This document shows positions 17,095 through 27,153 of a stretch of DNA of 64,000 nucleotides, in pieces. Location of the stretch: the IMG/VR virus record IMGVR_UViG_3300046616_000314, positions 186,001-250,000 of that record; one strand, 5' to 3'. The position numbers and the translations under genes are program-made. The notes under the pieces were generated by a model, which saw nothing but the letters and a program-made list of their open reading frames with translations, searched no databases and had not been told where the DNA came from. The stretch's first letter is position 1; each line of letters opens with the position of its first letter.

Positions 17095-17929
17095 TATGTT
17101 TTTCGTATTTTTAAACATTTCTCGCAAGATATTGAAATTGTTCGTTTTTCGCAAGCAAAACATTACCCCTGATATTTTAATTTCGTCAGCACGTCATCCC
17201 GATCACATTCGATCCATAAATTTAGGATACGTTGCATTTCGGAATACATCGCGATTCTCAGCGCGTCATGTGACATCTTCGATTCTCGATTCATCGTGTC
17301 CATGAGGACATGATAGTCCATGAGACAAACCATAGCGAGCAACCGGGCGCGGGGGCTAGTTTCGAAAAAAGCGTCAATGCTTCTCATCGAAGTTCCATCC
17401 GATAATACGTCTCTCGCCGATTGTAATGCTTCCATCCGCCGCGTTCCACTTCGCATGTGAGCATCTGATCGCGCCCGTAATAATTCCACCACCGTTGGCG
17501 TTCTTGTTTGCCGATAACATGAATCGACAAATATCGATCACATTGAGCCAAGGGCAATCTACGATAGCGTTGATAGCGGCGGGGAGGATCATCCACTATG
17601 GCGCCCATCATGATAATGTCCATGGACGACTGAATTTGGATGATTTCGGGAGGATTATCGATCATAGCCATTTCATTTTAAACAATACAGCGTGTTTCTT
17701 GGTCAAAAGCCGAGTGTGGTAGCCGCGTTTCTCTGTCCACAACAGCATGGTTTGTATCCTAGGAATTTTTCACACCAAGCTTCAAGCTTGTTGCCGTGTT
17801 TCCAATCGTAACGCTCCCGGTAGCCAGCTTTATTCCACATTCCACCTTGGGCGGACATGAAAATCTGAATTTTGTGAGCCTTGAGCTTTTCCTTGGGAAG
17901 CGGAATAACCACCAAACGTGGTAAATATT

Positions 17930-18202
17930 TTATAAACATTTCAACTTGAATAAAGCAAGAGCTTCGATATCTGGGAAAATCAACGTGTACGAAAAATGCT
18001 TCGACTTGGCTGACCGCCGAACTTCGGGATAGTGTTCAACCAGCCAGGAATCGATTTGGGGCTGAAGAAACAACCAATCAAAATCACCATCGTCGTAGGC
18101 GTACTTACCTTCGAACAATACGATTGTAAGGGCTTCCTCATAGATTACATATTGAAGATCATCCGAACGAGGAAGGTCAGGAAAGTCTATTGGAGCGTGC
18201 AT
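17930..18202 (-). CDS. Small protein, FKL family
   Basis: FPDIEALALFKLKCL. Confidence 0.65.
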   Translation of the reverse strand: MHAPIDFPDLPRSDDLQYVIYEEALTIVLFEGKYAYDDGDFDWLFLQPQIDSWLVEHYPEVRRSAKSKHFSYTLIFPDIEALALFKLKCL

Positions 18203-18439
18203 TCCCGAGTTTCCATGAGCATCACTTGCCCGGCTGCATCGCGACGCATCAGCACCAAATTGCCTTCAACCACGTGTTCAACGTGATTATCAAAGCGAAC
18301 TAGGTCGGCTTCTTCTTGATCCCACAGATACCATGCGGAATGGTCCATCGCGAGATTCGGATAGTTCTCGGAGAATTTACCACCAAGGGAAATGTCCAAC
18401 GCGAAATCCTTTACGAAAATTCTATGATCCAAATCTAGT

Positions 18440-19300
18440 AGGTTATTTTTTTAATTGCAAGGGAATTCGTATCAGGGGGCTTATCGCCCTCCTGTCCATA
18501 GGTCTCTCACTCGCTATCGCTCATTCCTAAGACCTATGGGTTTCCTTTTCCCTTTCCATTGAATCCTTATGAGTCTGTCTGAGTGAATCCTTATACGAAT
18601 CCTACTAGAGGAATCATTAACTGAATCATAAGGGGGAATTTATTATTACATCCTAGACCTTGTACTCTTTCTCCCCCCTCATAATAACATATTAAAAATA
18701 TAATACGCCATCAGAAGGGAGAGAGTTAAAGTTATGGTCAATATCCTGAGCCATTAGCCTTCGCGTTAGCTTCTACGTATTATTACAATACGAACCGGCG
18801 GTTGCCCTGTACCGGTAATTAAAGCCCACTCTCAATTCCACAGCCTATGTCGCGGGCGTAGGGGATAGTCGCCAATGTAGGTAAAACCCATTGGATTGGT
18901 CGGTCCTTGTCGCCTAGTTGTGTTAAAGAATTCAACGGTTATGAATGGTTAATTCAAGTTCATACATCCGGCAAGTCGCAGAACCGGTGTATGCAGACAG
19001 TCATCAAATTGTTACAAGATGTATCTGTCTTCGTTTTTCGTAGCCTTTCGCTGCATAAATGCAGCATAGGAGCCGTTACTTCCCTTACCACCTGTGCGCC
19101 TTTCGGTTATGCACCTGCCTTCATGGGTCAGTTACAAGGTGGGGAATGTCCGCCTATTTGACTACTCTGTCCCTGTTCCCGTCTACGCCCCCTTGCGGGT
19201 AAGCTACTTGTCCGAGACTTTTCCAGTTTTGCGAGGGGGTGAGCCCGCTATAACCCCTGAGTAACTATAATTAATTCGAGTCCTGTTATAGAATCGAGTC
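18440..19300. other. About 850-bp non-coding region, candidate origin and/or large structured RNA
   Basis: No convincing ORF; multiple hairpins; GANTC clusters at both ends. Confidence 0.55.
18561..18627 (+). repeat. Six GANTC-core repeats at 10-14 bp spacing
   Basis: GAATC/GAGTC at 18561, 18571, 18585, 18597, 18611, 18623. Confidence 0.7.
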
Positions 19301-19379
19301 GGGTACTCTGTCCATAATAATCGTTGACAAGAACTGAAATAAATTATATACAGACGTGTTCAGTAAAAGGTTTTCCCAA

Positions 19380-19895
19380 ATGTCCCAGTTTAAAGCAATT
19401 CTTGACGAGCATGATTCCATCGCGTGGGACATCGATGGAACTTTGCTGTATGTTGATGACAATATGAAAATTCGTGAAGCAGCGCATTCGGCGTACTTCC
19501 GACAGTATATTATCGACAATCCGCAAAAGAAACATTACATCGTGACCTTCCGTGACCCAGCTTGGGCGGGACGTGTATTTACCGAATTGGAGTCACTGGG
19601 TATGGAAGATGCCCGAAGCCATTTCGAAGACGTTCATGCGTGTCCGGTAGAGCTTCATGACGCATGGCAATTGCGTAGTGCCAGCCCTGCGACCGTTACT
19701 CACTATGGATTCACTCACGCCGAAGTCGCGCACGCTGTTTCGAATTTTCCGCTCTGGAAGGGTATGGCGTCCAACGCGCTAGGTGCAACCATCTTGGTTG
19801 ACGACATGCCCACATGGGTCGAACAAGGCTGCGCAAAACACAATGTGGATTTGCTGGACATTACCGGTATGCGTCACCTGAAGGGTTCACGCTAG
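19380..19895 (+). CDS. HAD-superfamily phosphatase-like protein
   Basis: WDIDGTL, IVTFR, ILVDD. Confidence 0.75.
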   Translation: MSQFKAILDEHDSIAWDIDGTLLYVDDNMKIREAAHSAYFRQYIIDNPQKKHYIVTFRDPAWAGRVFTELESLGMEDARSHFEDVHACPVELHDAWQLRSASPATVTHYGFTHAEVAHAVSNFPLWKGMASNALGATILVDDMPTWVEQGCAKHNVDLLDITGMRHLKGSR

Positions 19896-19912
19896 TCGGC
19901 ATAAATATCCGT

Positions 19913-20590
19913 ATGCGTAAGTATATGGATATCATCAACGAAGCCCTGGACGAAGCCGAGAAGCTTGAGTTGCCTGACATTGAAGTCGGTGACGAAGTTT
20001 TGGTGGGAAAATTTAAGAACCGTAAAGCTACGGTGAAGGGTTTCGAGAAAGATGATCACAACCAGCCGGTTTTAAAGACCAGCAAGGGCGATCAGAAGCT
20101 TTTCAAGCCTCGCATCCCAAAACTTGAAGAACCCATTGAGGAAGCGCGTGGAGCGTTCTTGAAGTTATATCATTTCACGCCGATGAAATCTGTACCAAGC
20201 GTACAGGCTATGGGTCTAGACCCGTCAAAACGAGCGGCTAATTTTGAGATAACGCCAGAGAACCAGATGGTATATCTAGCCTCGGATGCTGGACATGCCG
20301 CGCAATACATTTATTATCAAGAGGTTAGTGAAGGGTTACTGCTTTCCGTTGACGTTTCTAAATTAGACCCGTCAAAATTGTGCCCAGATGATGTTGATCT
20401 CGAAGACATGCTTGGAGCCCGTTCAAAGCCCTGGTACGAACACAATTGGAAGGAAAGCCTTCGGAAGTGTGGTCAGTGCGGCTATCAAGCCATTATTCCA
20501 GCTTCGGCACTATTTGTGGAAGCACGTGTGGTTCAAAATCGAGAAATGGAAACCATTGGTATTCCATTGTCTGAATTTAAGCAGGCTTAG
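19913..20590 (+). CDS. Late head-type protein with ADP-ribosyltransferase/Tpt1-like domain
   Basis: MRKYMDIINEALDEAE; LYHFT..GLDP, VYLA; ATAAATA at 19901. Confidence 0.6.
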   Translation: MRKYMDIINEALDEAEKLELPDIEVGDEVLVGKFKNRKATVKGFEKDDHNQPVLKTSKGDQKLFKPRIPKLEEPIEEARGAFLKLYHFTPMKSVPSVQAMGLDPSKRAANFEITPENQMVYLASDAGHAAQYIYYQEVSEGLLLSVDVSKLDPSKLCPDDVDLEDMLGARSKPWYEHNWKESLRKCGQCGYQAIIPASALFVEARVVQNREMETIGIPLSEFKQA

Positions 20591-20948
20591 GAAGGTCTGA
20601 TTTCTTACGTTTCAGACGGAACGAGCCTGAGTTGATGGCTTCACAGTGCCATTCGGGGTAGGCTTCAGCCCACATAGGAAATTCGTTACGAATTTGACCA
20701 GAACGCCCGGTGATGATGATCACGGTACGGCGTGTGGAATTTTTGGCGTCCACCATGTAGCGACCGAAGGTCGAGTGTGCGTTAGCGACGGTGTAGCCGT
20801 GAAGGTCCAGGGAAGGGCAGAAGCGAACATCCCTGATAGGTTGGCTCACGCATTGAGGCGCGTATGTAGGTTCGCGGGAGGCTGCGAACTTTGGCAACAC
20901 TCCCGCGATGAATTTTTCCCATAAAGATTTGTCTTCTGAAGACAGCAT
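20577..20948 (-). CDS. Stand-alone Smr-domain protein
   Basis: LDLHGYT, IITGRSG, NSGSF. Confidence 0.85.
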   Translation of the reverse strand: MLSSEDKSLWEKFIAGVLPKFAASREPTYAPQCVSQPIRDVRFCPSLDLHGYTVANAHSTFGRYMVDAKNSTRRTVIIITGRSGQIRNEFPMWAEAYPEWHCEAINSGSFRLKRKKSDLPKPA

Positions 20949-20956
20949 ATCCTTAT

Positions 20957-21505
20957 TTACCTACCGGGAATACGAACGTAAACGTGGGCTCCAATGGTCT
21001 GACGACTGGTCGCTTTGCGGGTCCAACGGGGGATGCCCAGTTTTTTCGAATAGAACGAGTTGGCGCCGCCAGTGGTGTCCGCACGGGAGTTGTCCATGAT
21101 CTGAACGGCGTATTGGACCATTTTATTCCAGCTATCGATCTCGCGCGGCAAGAGAGATTGCGTGGGACGAATGGTCCACGAGTATTGTGGTCCTGCACGG
21201 CTGCGTTCCCAGATGGCTTCACAAAAAGTTGTGGGACCATTCCGAGTAGCTTTGAGTCGGTTTCGGGTTACGAATCCAACCGCCATGATGTCGGCTTTAG
21301 TGCTACCACGAACCTCGTGGTAAAGGTTAAGAGCGAGACAGGTTGCTTCTTTTTTCTGTGTTTCATCTAGTCCATCCAATGCACTCGCATGACGCGGGGA
21401 ACTTTGAATGGCGTTTACCGTCTGAATTTCAGATGCCGCCGAAGCGGGGGTACTAAAGAATAAAGATAGAAACAGAAACACAGGGGCGATTTTGCGTAAT
21501 CGCAT
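20957..21505 (-). CDS. SleB-like cell wall hydrolase with signal peptide
   Basis: CLALNLYHEVRG, QYSW, DTTGGANSFY, IGAHVY. Confidence 0.88.
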   Translation of the reverse strand: MRLRKIAPVFLFLSLFFSTPASAASEIQTVNAIQSSPRHASALDGLDETQKKEATCLALNLYHEVRGSTKADIMAVGFVTRNRLKATRNGPTTFCEAIWERSRAGPQYSWTIRPTQSLLPREIDSWNKMVQYAVQIMDNSRADTTGGANSFYSKKLGIPRWTRKATSRQTIGAHVYVRIPGR

Positions 21506-21805
21506 TATTTCTCCTTGATATTGTTGATGGGAACCGAATTATGACCGGTACGTTACGGCATGTCAACCAAAATGGACCAAACTGTCGAATTTTGGACATG
21601 GAACACATTTATTTATCATTAGAATCAACGACTTAGTTCCGTAGATAATTTTTCGTACTATGGTAAATAAAAAATGACGAAAATTATTGCACCCTCCCCG
21701 GCAAATTGGTACAAAGGTTCATGGATTGAGAAGGCGTCCCCACCCGTCGTTTTCTCGCAACGATCCTTTTAAAACGGGTGAAACTTATTGCTTTAGAGCA
21801 TTGAA

Positions 21806-22132
21806 ATGACTGATAAATCTGAGACCCCCAAGGGTAAGCGACCCGCACGTAAGACCGTGGAGCTTGCCTCGTTGCGTGAATGGTTGGCATCGCTGAACCA
21901 CCCCGCAAATCCTGCCGTTCACGTGAACGGCAGCCATTTCCCCACCGCTGTCTTGAGCGTGGATTTTGGTAGCCCGATTAAGTCGCAAAAGCTGACCAGC
22001 GATCAAGTGACTGAATTGGGTCTGCGTCTTCGCCGTGTTGCGAAGGAACTTGTTGGACGTGACGCGAACTATCGTGTTTCGGTTGACCAGCAAAATGGCA
22101 TTCACTGGGTGTCCGCTTCTATCATTTCGTAA
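21806..22132 (+). CDS. Hypothetical protein
   Basis: ORF followed by a terminator. Confidence 0.65.
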   Translation: MTDKSETPKGKRPARKTVELASLREWLASLNHPANPAVHVNGSHFPTAVLSVDFGSPIKSQKLTSDQVTELGLRLRRVAKELVGRDANYRVSVDQQNGIHWVSASIIS

Positions 22133-22150
22133 ATGATGATATAAGCAAGA

Positions 22151-22177
22151 GGGCGGGAGCAATCCCGCCCTTTTTTT
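22151..22177 (+). terminator. Intrinsic terminator
   Basis: GGGCGGGA-GCAA-TCCCGCCC-T7; same hairpin at 36733. Confidence 0.9.
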
Positions 22178-22187
22178 AATCCGGTGT

Positions 22188-22526
22188 GTGATGATTTTTG
22201 AAACCTACCGTGGTCATCGCTTCGTATTCGATGTCAACAAACCACAACCCTTCATTGGGCATCCGCACACACCTGGGCATATTTGGTATATCGAGAGTGA
22301 TATGCTTAGGGATGGGTTAGACGGGGATTATTATATCATTAACGAAAAATGCGTAATGCCGCATAACCGTCACCGCCCGGTTGTTGAGTGGATGGTTGCC
22401 AACGGTATTGAAGTAGATGGTATTTGGGTTCGTATGCGAGACAACTGGCGCAATGGATTGAATGCCATTGCCTTTACGATACGCGATCCCGACCATGCCA
22501 CTATTATGCGGCTGAAGTGGTACTAA
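22188..22526 (+). CDS. Small protein, FKL family
   Basis: DHATIMRLKWY. Confidence 0.6.
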   Translation: MMIFETYRGHRFVFDVNKPQPFIGHPHTPGHIWYIESDMLRDGLDGDYYIINEKCVMPHNRHRPVVEWMVANGIEVDGIWVRMRDNWRNGLNAIAFTIRDPDHATIMRLKWY

Positions 22527-22946
22527 TTATTCGGGGATTTCTAGACCGTTGCGAATGCGGTCCCAGAATTCCATTCCACCCTTGGTGTACATCATTTCAT
22601 CAGACGGGATATAACCCCAGTCGTTCATGATGTCGTACGTGGAATCTTCTTCGTAATATTTCGCTAGATCAGCGACATCCTTCGTCCAATCCCAATGCTC
22701 GATACGATCATTGATTGGGTTGTAAAAGACGTACACGCCAAATTTTGTGATACCAACGAAAGCATCGGTTTCAAAACCGTCGTGCTTCAACATGCCGTCA
22801 GGATGATTGTCGAGATATTCCTTGGCTTGAGCCAGGGTCATTCCGTCCCGATGGGCTCCACCAACCTCGCCTTGGAGAGATTGTGAGTGATCGTAAGGAA
22901 CAATGTTCTCGATCAGATTTTGAAAATTACGATACCAATTTGACAT
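22527..22946 (-). CDS. Late protein with CTS-like N-terminus
   Basis: MSNWYRNFQNLIEN; ATAAATA 4 nt upstream. Confidence 0.65.
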   Translation of the reverse strand: MSNWYRNFQNLIENIVPYDHSQSLQGEVGGAHRDGMTLAQAKEYLDNHPDGMLKHDGFETDAFVGITKFGVYVFYNPINDRIEHWDWTKDVADLAKYYEEDSTYDIMNDWGYIPSDEMMYTKGGMEFWDRIRNGLEIPE

Positions 22947-22965
22947 CTGGTATTTATGAAACAGG

Positions 22966-23169
22966 CTAAAGCCAGCGTAGTTTGAATTCTACGCTGGCTT
23001 CGTCTGTATAAAAATAAATGGTATCGTAGTAACTGGCTGTATTTTGGTCGAAACCTTTCATAGCAATCCAGTCACCTTCGATAAGCCGTTTCTTACACCA
23101 TACCACCAAGTCACTATCTTCATTGCGATCCCGATGGGCAGTGATATAGAATTTGATGTCTTGGCTCAT
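22966..23169 (-). CDS. Small protein, FKL family
   Basis: DEASVEFKLRWL. Confidence 0.65.
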   Translation of the reverse strand: MSQDIKFYITAHRDRNEDSDLVVWCKKRLIEGDWIAMKGFDQNTASYYDTIYFYTDEASVEFKLRWL

Positions 23170-24545
23170 TACAGCTTGATTTTCTTCAATTCCTCAAGCT
23201 CGTCGTTGTAGACAGCTTTCAATCGGTCAGGAGATTTCAAGATATCCTGATAGTCCTTGATCGACAAGTCGATTTCCGCAATGCGGCGATCAACTTCTTG
23301 TTCGAAAGCCTTGGTCCAGCGATAGGTCGGGAGATTGACAACCCGATCTAGTTGCTTGTCGTCCAGAACCAATTTTGCCTTGGTGACAACGGTAGTCACG
23401 TCGTCTTCGACAGCTTGGCGGTCGGCGAACGTACCGAGACGCTTGGGGAACGAATTTTTGAACAAGGCGCGCAAGGCGTGCCAGTAGTTCAGTTCGTACA
23501 GGGCATCGGACAGCATTTTTTCGAAACGCTTGGTATACCAACCAAGGCGCCAAGCCACGAAATCTTCAACAACTTTTTCCGCGCTAGGATAGGTAGAGAT
23601 CGTTTGACCACCCCAATCCACGACGACGATGCGTTCTGTGACTTTTTCGCGGAGCTTGAAGAAATCCAAGCACTTGTCATCGGTCCAACCCGCGACCTTG
23701 CCACGCAAGAACTTGACTTGGATGTTGACGCCAACCGCCGAACGGTCGGTGTACGACTTGATTAGGTCATCGTCTTCCATCTTGATCAGACGGGTACGGA
23801 AATCTTCGATGTCCAGGCTAGGCGGCAATTCGGTGATATGAATTGTAGACGTGTCGATGACCGTCGCCTTGCCGCTAAATTCCCACTGGTTGCCCGCGAT
23901 GTTACGAACACCGATGTTGTAGCGTTCCATATGGGGCTCAAGACCCTTGATAGGGCGTCCAGCAAGTGCGTCCTGGGTAGCTTGGATCAGACCCTTGAGT
24001 TTGCGCGGAAGAATTTCCGTGCTCCAACCCACTGCCACGCCAGACACGCCGTTCAGAAGAACATTAGGAATCAGTGGCAAAAAGTGTTGAGGTTGGACGT
24101 TCGAACCGTCGTAGTTGTCCTCAAGCGGGATCAAATCAAGGTCTTGATATAGAAAGGCTTCAGACGGCTTGGAACGGCGAACTTCGGTGTAACGCGGAGC
24201 CCCGATGCCATCAACCGGCTTCAGACGGCTACCAAACTGCCCATGACCTTCGATCAAGGGTTGATTGTTCTTGTAGGGAGCCGCGAGAAGGCTGATAGCG
24301 TTGTTGGCTGATGCTTCGCCGTGAACGTAGAGTTTTTCATAGCCCATCAGACCCGCCAGGGCGAACGTCTTAATTTTTTCAGCGCGGTTACGCAGGAGCC
24401 ACAGGGCAATGCGTTGACCGTTCTTCAGACCATCTTCGATCTTGGGAATGGCGCGTTGCTGACAGACGTAGATAGCGTATTCGCGGTTGTCACCGAGGAT
24501 CAGATCACTCGACAACTGATTGATTTTGGCAATAGCCTTAGACAT
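23169..24545 (-). CDS. Type II topoisomerase, GyrA/ParC-like subunit (T4 gp52-like)
   Basis: RAIP..DGLK.GQR, YVHGE, GAPRYT catalytic Tyr. Confidence 0.95.
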   Translation of the reverse strand: MSKAIAKINQLSSDLILGDNREYAIYVCQQRAIPKIEDGLKNGQRIALWLLRNRAEKIKTFALAGLMGYEKLYVHGEASANNAISLLAAPYKNNQPLIEGHGQFGSRLKPVDGIGAPRYTEVRRSKPSEAFLYQDLDLIPLEDNYDGSNVQPQHFLPLIPNVLLNGVSGVAVGWSTEILPRKLKGLIQATQDALAGRPIKGLEPHMERYNIGVRNIAGNQWEFSGKATVIDTSTIHITELPPSLDIEDFRTRLIKMEDDDLIKSYTDRSAVGVNIQVKFLRGKVAGWTDDKCLDFFKLREKVTERIVVVDWGGQTISTYPSAEKVVEDFVAWRLGWYTKRFEKMLSDALYELNYWHALRALFKNSFPKRLGTFADRQAVEDDVTTVVTKAKLVLDDKQLDRVVNLPTYRWTKAFEQEVDRRIAEIDLSIKDYQDILKSPDRLKAVYNDELEELKKIKL

Positions 24546-24589
24546 AAAACACCAATAAAAATGCGACTAAAATAGTAGCGGTAGTAAAA

Positions 24590-24919
24590 TTAAGCCCACT
24601 TCAAACGAAATAGGGTAGCATCTTCTTCTGTTTCGAAAACAAATACGTGCGTGTTTATTCTATGAAATGAAACCGGAGTGGACATATCTTCGGTAATAAT
24701 CATTCGAGGACTGGCGAAAACTATGACTTTTTTATTGTAATTGTCGAAGTTTTCTTTGAACCAAGGATCAAAGCCAGGGTCACAGTATTGAGAATCTGGT
24801 ATTGAAACAAAATGCCCGAATGAACCAGAATAAACGAACGTATCTGGTAGTTTATCTAGTTTTGCTTTGCGTTCTTTTTCGGCATCAATTGCATTTTTAA
24901 ACGGTGATGTCATGACCAT
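24590..24919 (-). CDS. Small protein, FKL family
   Basis: FETEEDATLFRLKWA. Confidence 0.7.
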   Translation of the reverse strand: MVMTSPFKNAIDAEKERKAKLDKLPDTFVYSGSFGHFVSIPDSQYCDPGFDPWFKENFDNYNKKVIVFASPRMIITEDMSTPVSFHRINTHVFVFETEEDATLFRLKWA

Positions 24920-25119
24920 TTCAATCTAAACAATGTGGCATCTTCTTCGGTGACAAACTTACCGACGAAACGCCAATCTCCAAAAGCATATTCAACGACC
25001 ATCATTCTCATTTGTGCGACCACTTCCGGTGGATAGTTGTCGTCAGCCCAAACCGCGAGGCGATTAAAGTCCTCTTTGATTCTGAGATTGATGGTCGCTT
25101 CGATCATAGTCCGATCCAC
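24910..25119 (-). CDS. Small protein, FKL family
   Basis: FVTEEDATLFRLKWS. Confidence 0.7.
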   Translation of the reverse strand: MDRTMIEATINLRIKEDFNRLAVWADDNYPPEVVAQMRMMVVEYAFGDWRFVGKFVTEEDATLFRLKWS

Positions 25120-26978
25120 GTTTTCCGTTTGTCCGCGCTATCCGTGTCTTTCGAGAAGATCAGATTCAACGCTTCGGCTAGATTCCCATCATCTAGGACG
25201 GGAATAGCTTTCGGGTTGACCAGAATCCAATCCCAATCGGCTTTCTTCAAGGCGGCGAGACCCTTTGCGCGAGTGACTTCCCAACCCTTATGGGTATCGG
25301 CGTCAAAATCGTCATAGTTCTCGTTGTACCAGTATTTCCGTTGCTTGCCCTTAGCCGCGATGATCAGAGGGGTATCGAACAGGTAGATAAACGGTTCTTT
25401 TTCAGCATCGAAGAGTTCGGGCCACAGTGTGTAAAAGAAATTGACCAGCAAGCCAGCGATGTTCTTACCATCTTCGTCGGCGTCACACGTGATGTAGACC
25501 TTACCATAACGCAGCGCGGGGCGCGCGGCGCGTTGACCTGGGATCAAGCCGACAGCCGTCATGATTTTGGCGAGAGCCTTGTTTTCCAGAATGTCTTTGA
25601 TCGACTTTCCGTAAACGTTGAGCACCTTACCGCGCAGAGGCAAGCCCCCGTGAATTTCAGCATCGCGCGCTTCACCGATACCGGAGACAGCCGATTGACC
25701 TTCGCCGAGGAACAGGATGCATTTTTGGCGATCAAGGCTCACCGCATCTTCTAGTTCGGCGACCTTGTTACGCAGGTTGCGCTTACCTTCACGGCTGGCG
25801 TCCGCGTCGTCTTTCTTTTGGGTCCGTTCGGCGCAACGCTCGTAGATTTCGTTGATCCATTCGGGATGCTTCTTGATAATCGCCTTGAAGATTTCAACGT
25901 CGTCCATCGCTTTTTTGACAAGCGTTGCAACGTTTTCGTTGATTAGGCGGGTCTTCGATTGCGAGTCGAAAGAAGGTTCCTTCATTTCGGTCACGTTGAA
26001 GATCAAGAGATTGGTGGCGATATCGACCTTGGAAGGTTTCAGCTTGCGACGCTTGCTTTCGCGTTCCAGGGCATTCAACATGCCTGTGTAGAACCCTCGC
26101 TTGAAGCCTTCGATATGCGTGCCGCCATTGAAGGTCGGGATGGCGTTCACTAGGCTATGTGAGAAATCGGCTTCACATTCGAAATTCGGAACGAGCCAGA
26201 ACTTACTATGGAAATCGGGTTCGTTGATTTCGACAGTGATGGCTTTGGGAAACAGGTTCTTTTCAACGGTTTTGCCGTTGGAGATCAGTTCGCCATTATA
26301 ATAAATTTTTGTCTTGGGGTAGCACAACGCGACTTCATAAACCCGTGCGCGAATGAACACTTCGGGCAGACGCATGTCATGGAACACCTTCGGCGACAGC
26401 TTGAAGGAAATCTTGGTCCCGGTCAGTTTTGCAGCCTTCGCCTTGGTAGGCAGAATAGCCGGGGGAAGGATGACGAGATTGGACGGACCTTCGCTGAATT
26501 GTTGATTGAAATATTTTCCATCCCGCCAGATATCGACGGTGAAATATTCCGAACAGAAATTCACGATGGAGGCGCCCACGCCATTCAAACCGCGAGACGC
26601 GCCGCGATCATCGAAGTTACGACCAGCCATCGTTGACGCCAGAGCCATAGTGGCTTCGTGAACTTGGTGTTCCTTATCGAAACCGATTGGGATGCCGCGA
26701 CCATTGTCCTCAACGGAGAACACAGTTTTCTCAGGATCGTACGTGATAGTGATCTTATCGCCGTGACCATGGGTGATCACTTCGTCTAGCGCATTGTCTA
26801 AAATTTCGCGAAATGCGGTGAAGACCGCCGGAACCCAAGTTGTTTCTCGGATAACAGGCTTCCCGTCCACATATTCCAACACTTGTTGGGTATGGGGATC
26901 ACGGGAAGACAGATACATTTCTGTACGCTTACGGGCGTGCTGAAACGCATTTAGTTGCTTAATCTTGGGTTCACTCAT
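25104..26978 (-). CDS. Type II topoisomerase, GyrB/ParE-like subunit (gp39+60-like)
   Basis: EILDNALDE, DNGRGIP, EGQSA, PLRGKVLN, DADEDG. Confidence 0.95.
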   Translation of the reverse strand: MSEPKIKQLNAFQHARKRTEMYLSSRDPHTQQVLEYVDGKPVIRETTWVPAVFTAFREILDNALDEVITHGHGDKITITYDPEKTVFSVEDNGRGIPIGFDKEHQVHEATMALASTMAGRNFDDRGASRGLNGVGASIVNFCSEYFTVDIWRDGKYFNQQFSEGPSNLVILPPAILPTKAKAAKLTGTKISFKLSPKVFHDMRLPEVFIRARVYEVALCYPKTKIYYNGELISNGKTVEKNLFPKAITVEINEPDFHSKFWLVPNFECEADFSHSLVNAIPTFNGGTHIEGFKRGFYTGMLNALERESKRRKLKPSKVDIATNLLIFNVTEMKEPSFDSQSKTRLINENVATLVKKAMDDVEIFKAIIKKHPEWINEIYERCAERTQKKDDADASREGKRNLRNKVAELEDAVSLDRQKCILFLGEGQSAVSGIGEARDAEIHGGLPLRGKVLNVYGKSIKDILENKALAKIMTAVGLIPGQRAARPALRYGKVYITCDADEDGKNIAGLLVNFFYTLWPELFDAEKEPFIYLFDTPLIIAAKGKQRKYWYNENYDDFDADTHKGWEVTRAKGLAALKKADWDWILVNPKAIPVLDDGNLAEALNLIFSKDTDSADKRKTWIGL

Positions 26979-26995
26979 AACTCAGAAAAATCCAT

Positions 26996-27076
26996 GTGGT
27001 TTAGAAACCATTTATCATTGAAAAAAGTTGGGACGAAAAATCCGGTGAAAATTCGTGGTTTACAAACCATTTATCA
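26996..27076. repeat. Two 22-bp direct repeats, each internally palindromic
   Basis: GTGGTTTA(G/C)AAACCATTTATCA at 26996 and 27055. Confidence 0.75.
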
Positions 27077-27153
27077 ATTTCGTTTGGTTAACCGATCCGG
27101 CGTTGTGATGTCAAGGGATAAATAAAAGGCAAACTGGCTTTTGGAGATCGCCC

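Noticed and set aside
18561-18627. Mini-CRISPR array
   Set aside because: Repeats are only 5-10 bp with about 12-bp period, no spacer-length intervals and no cas genes.
18640-19290. RNase P, tmRNA or group I intron
   Set aside because: Only a partial GGAAAAGTC resemblance; no tRNA-like ends, tag ORF or interrupted host gene found.
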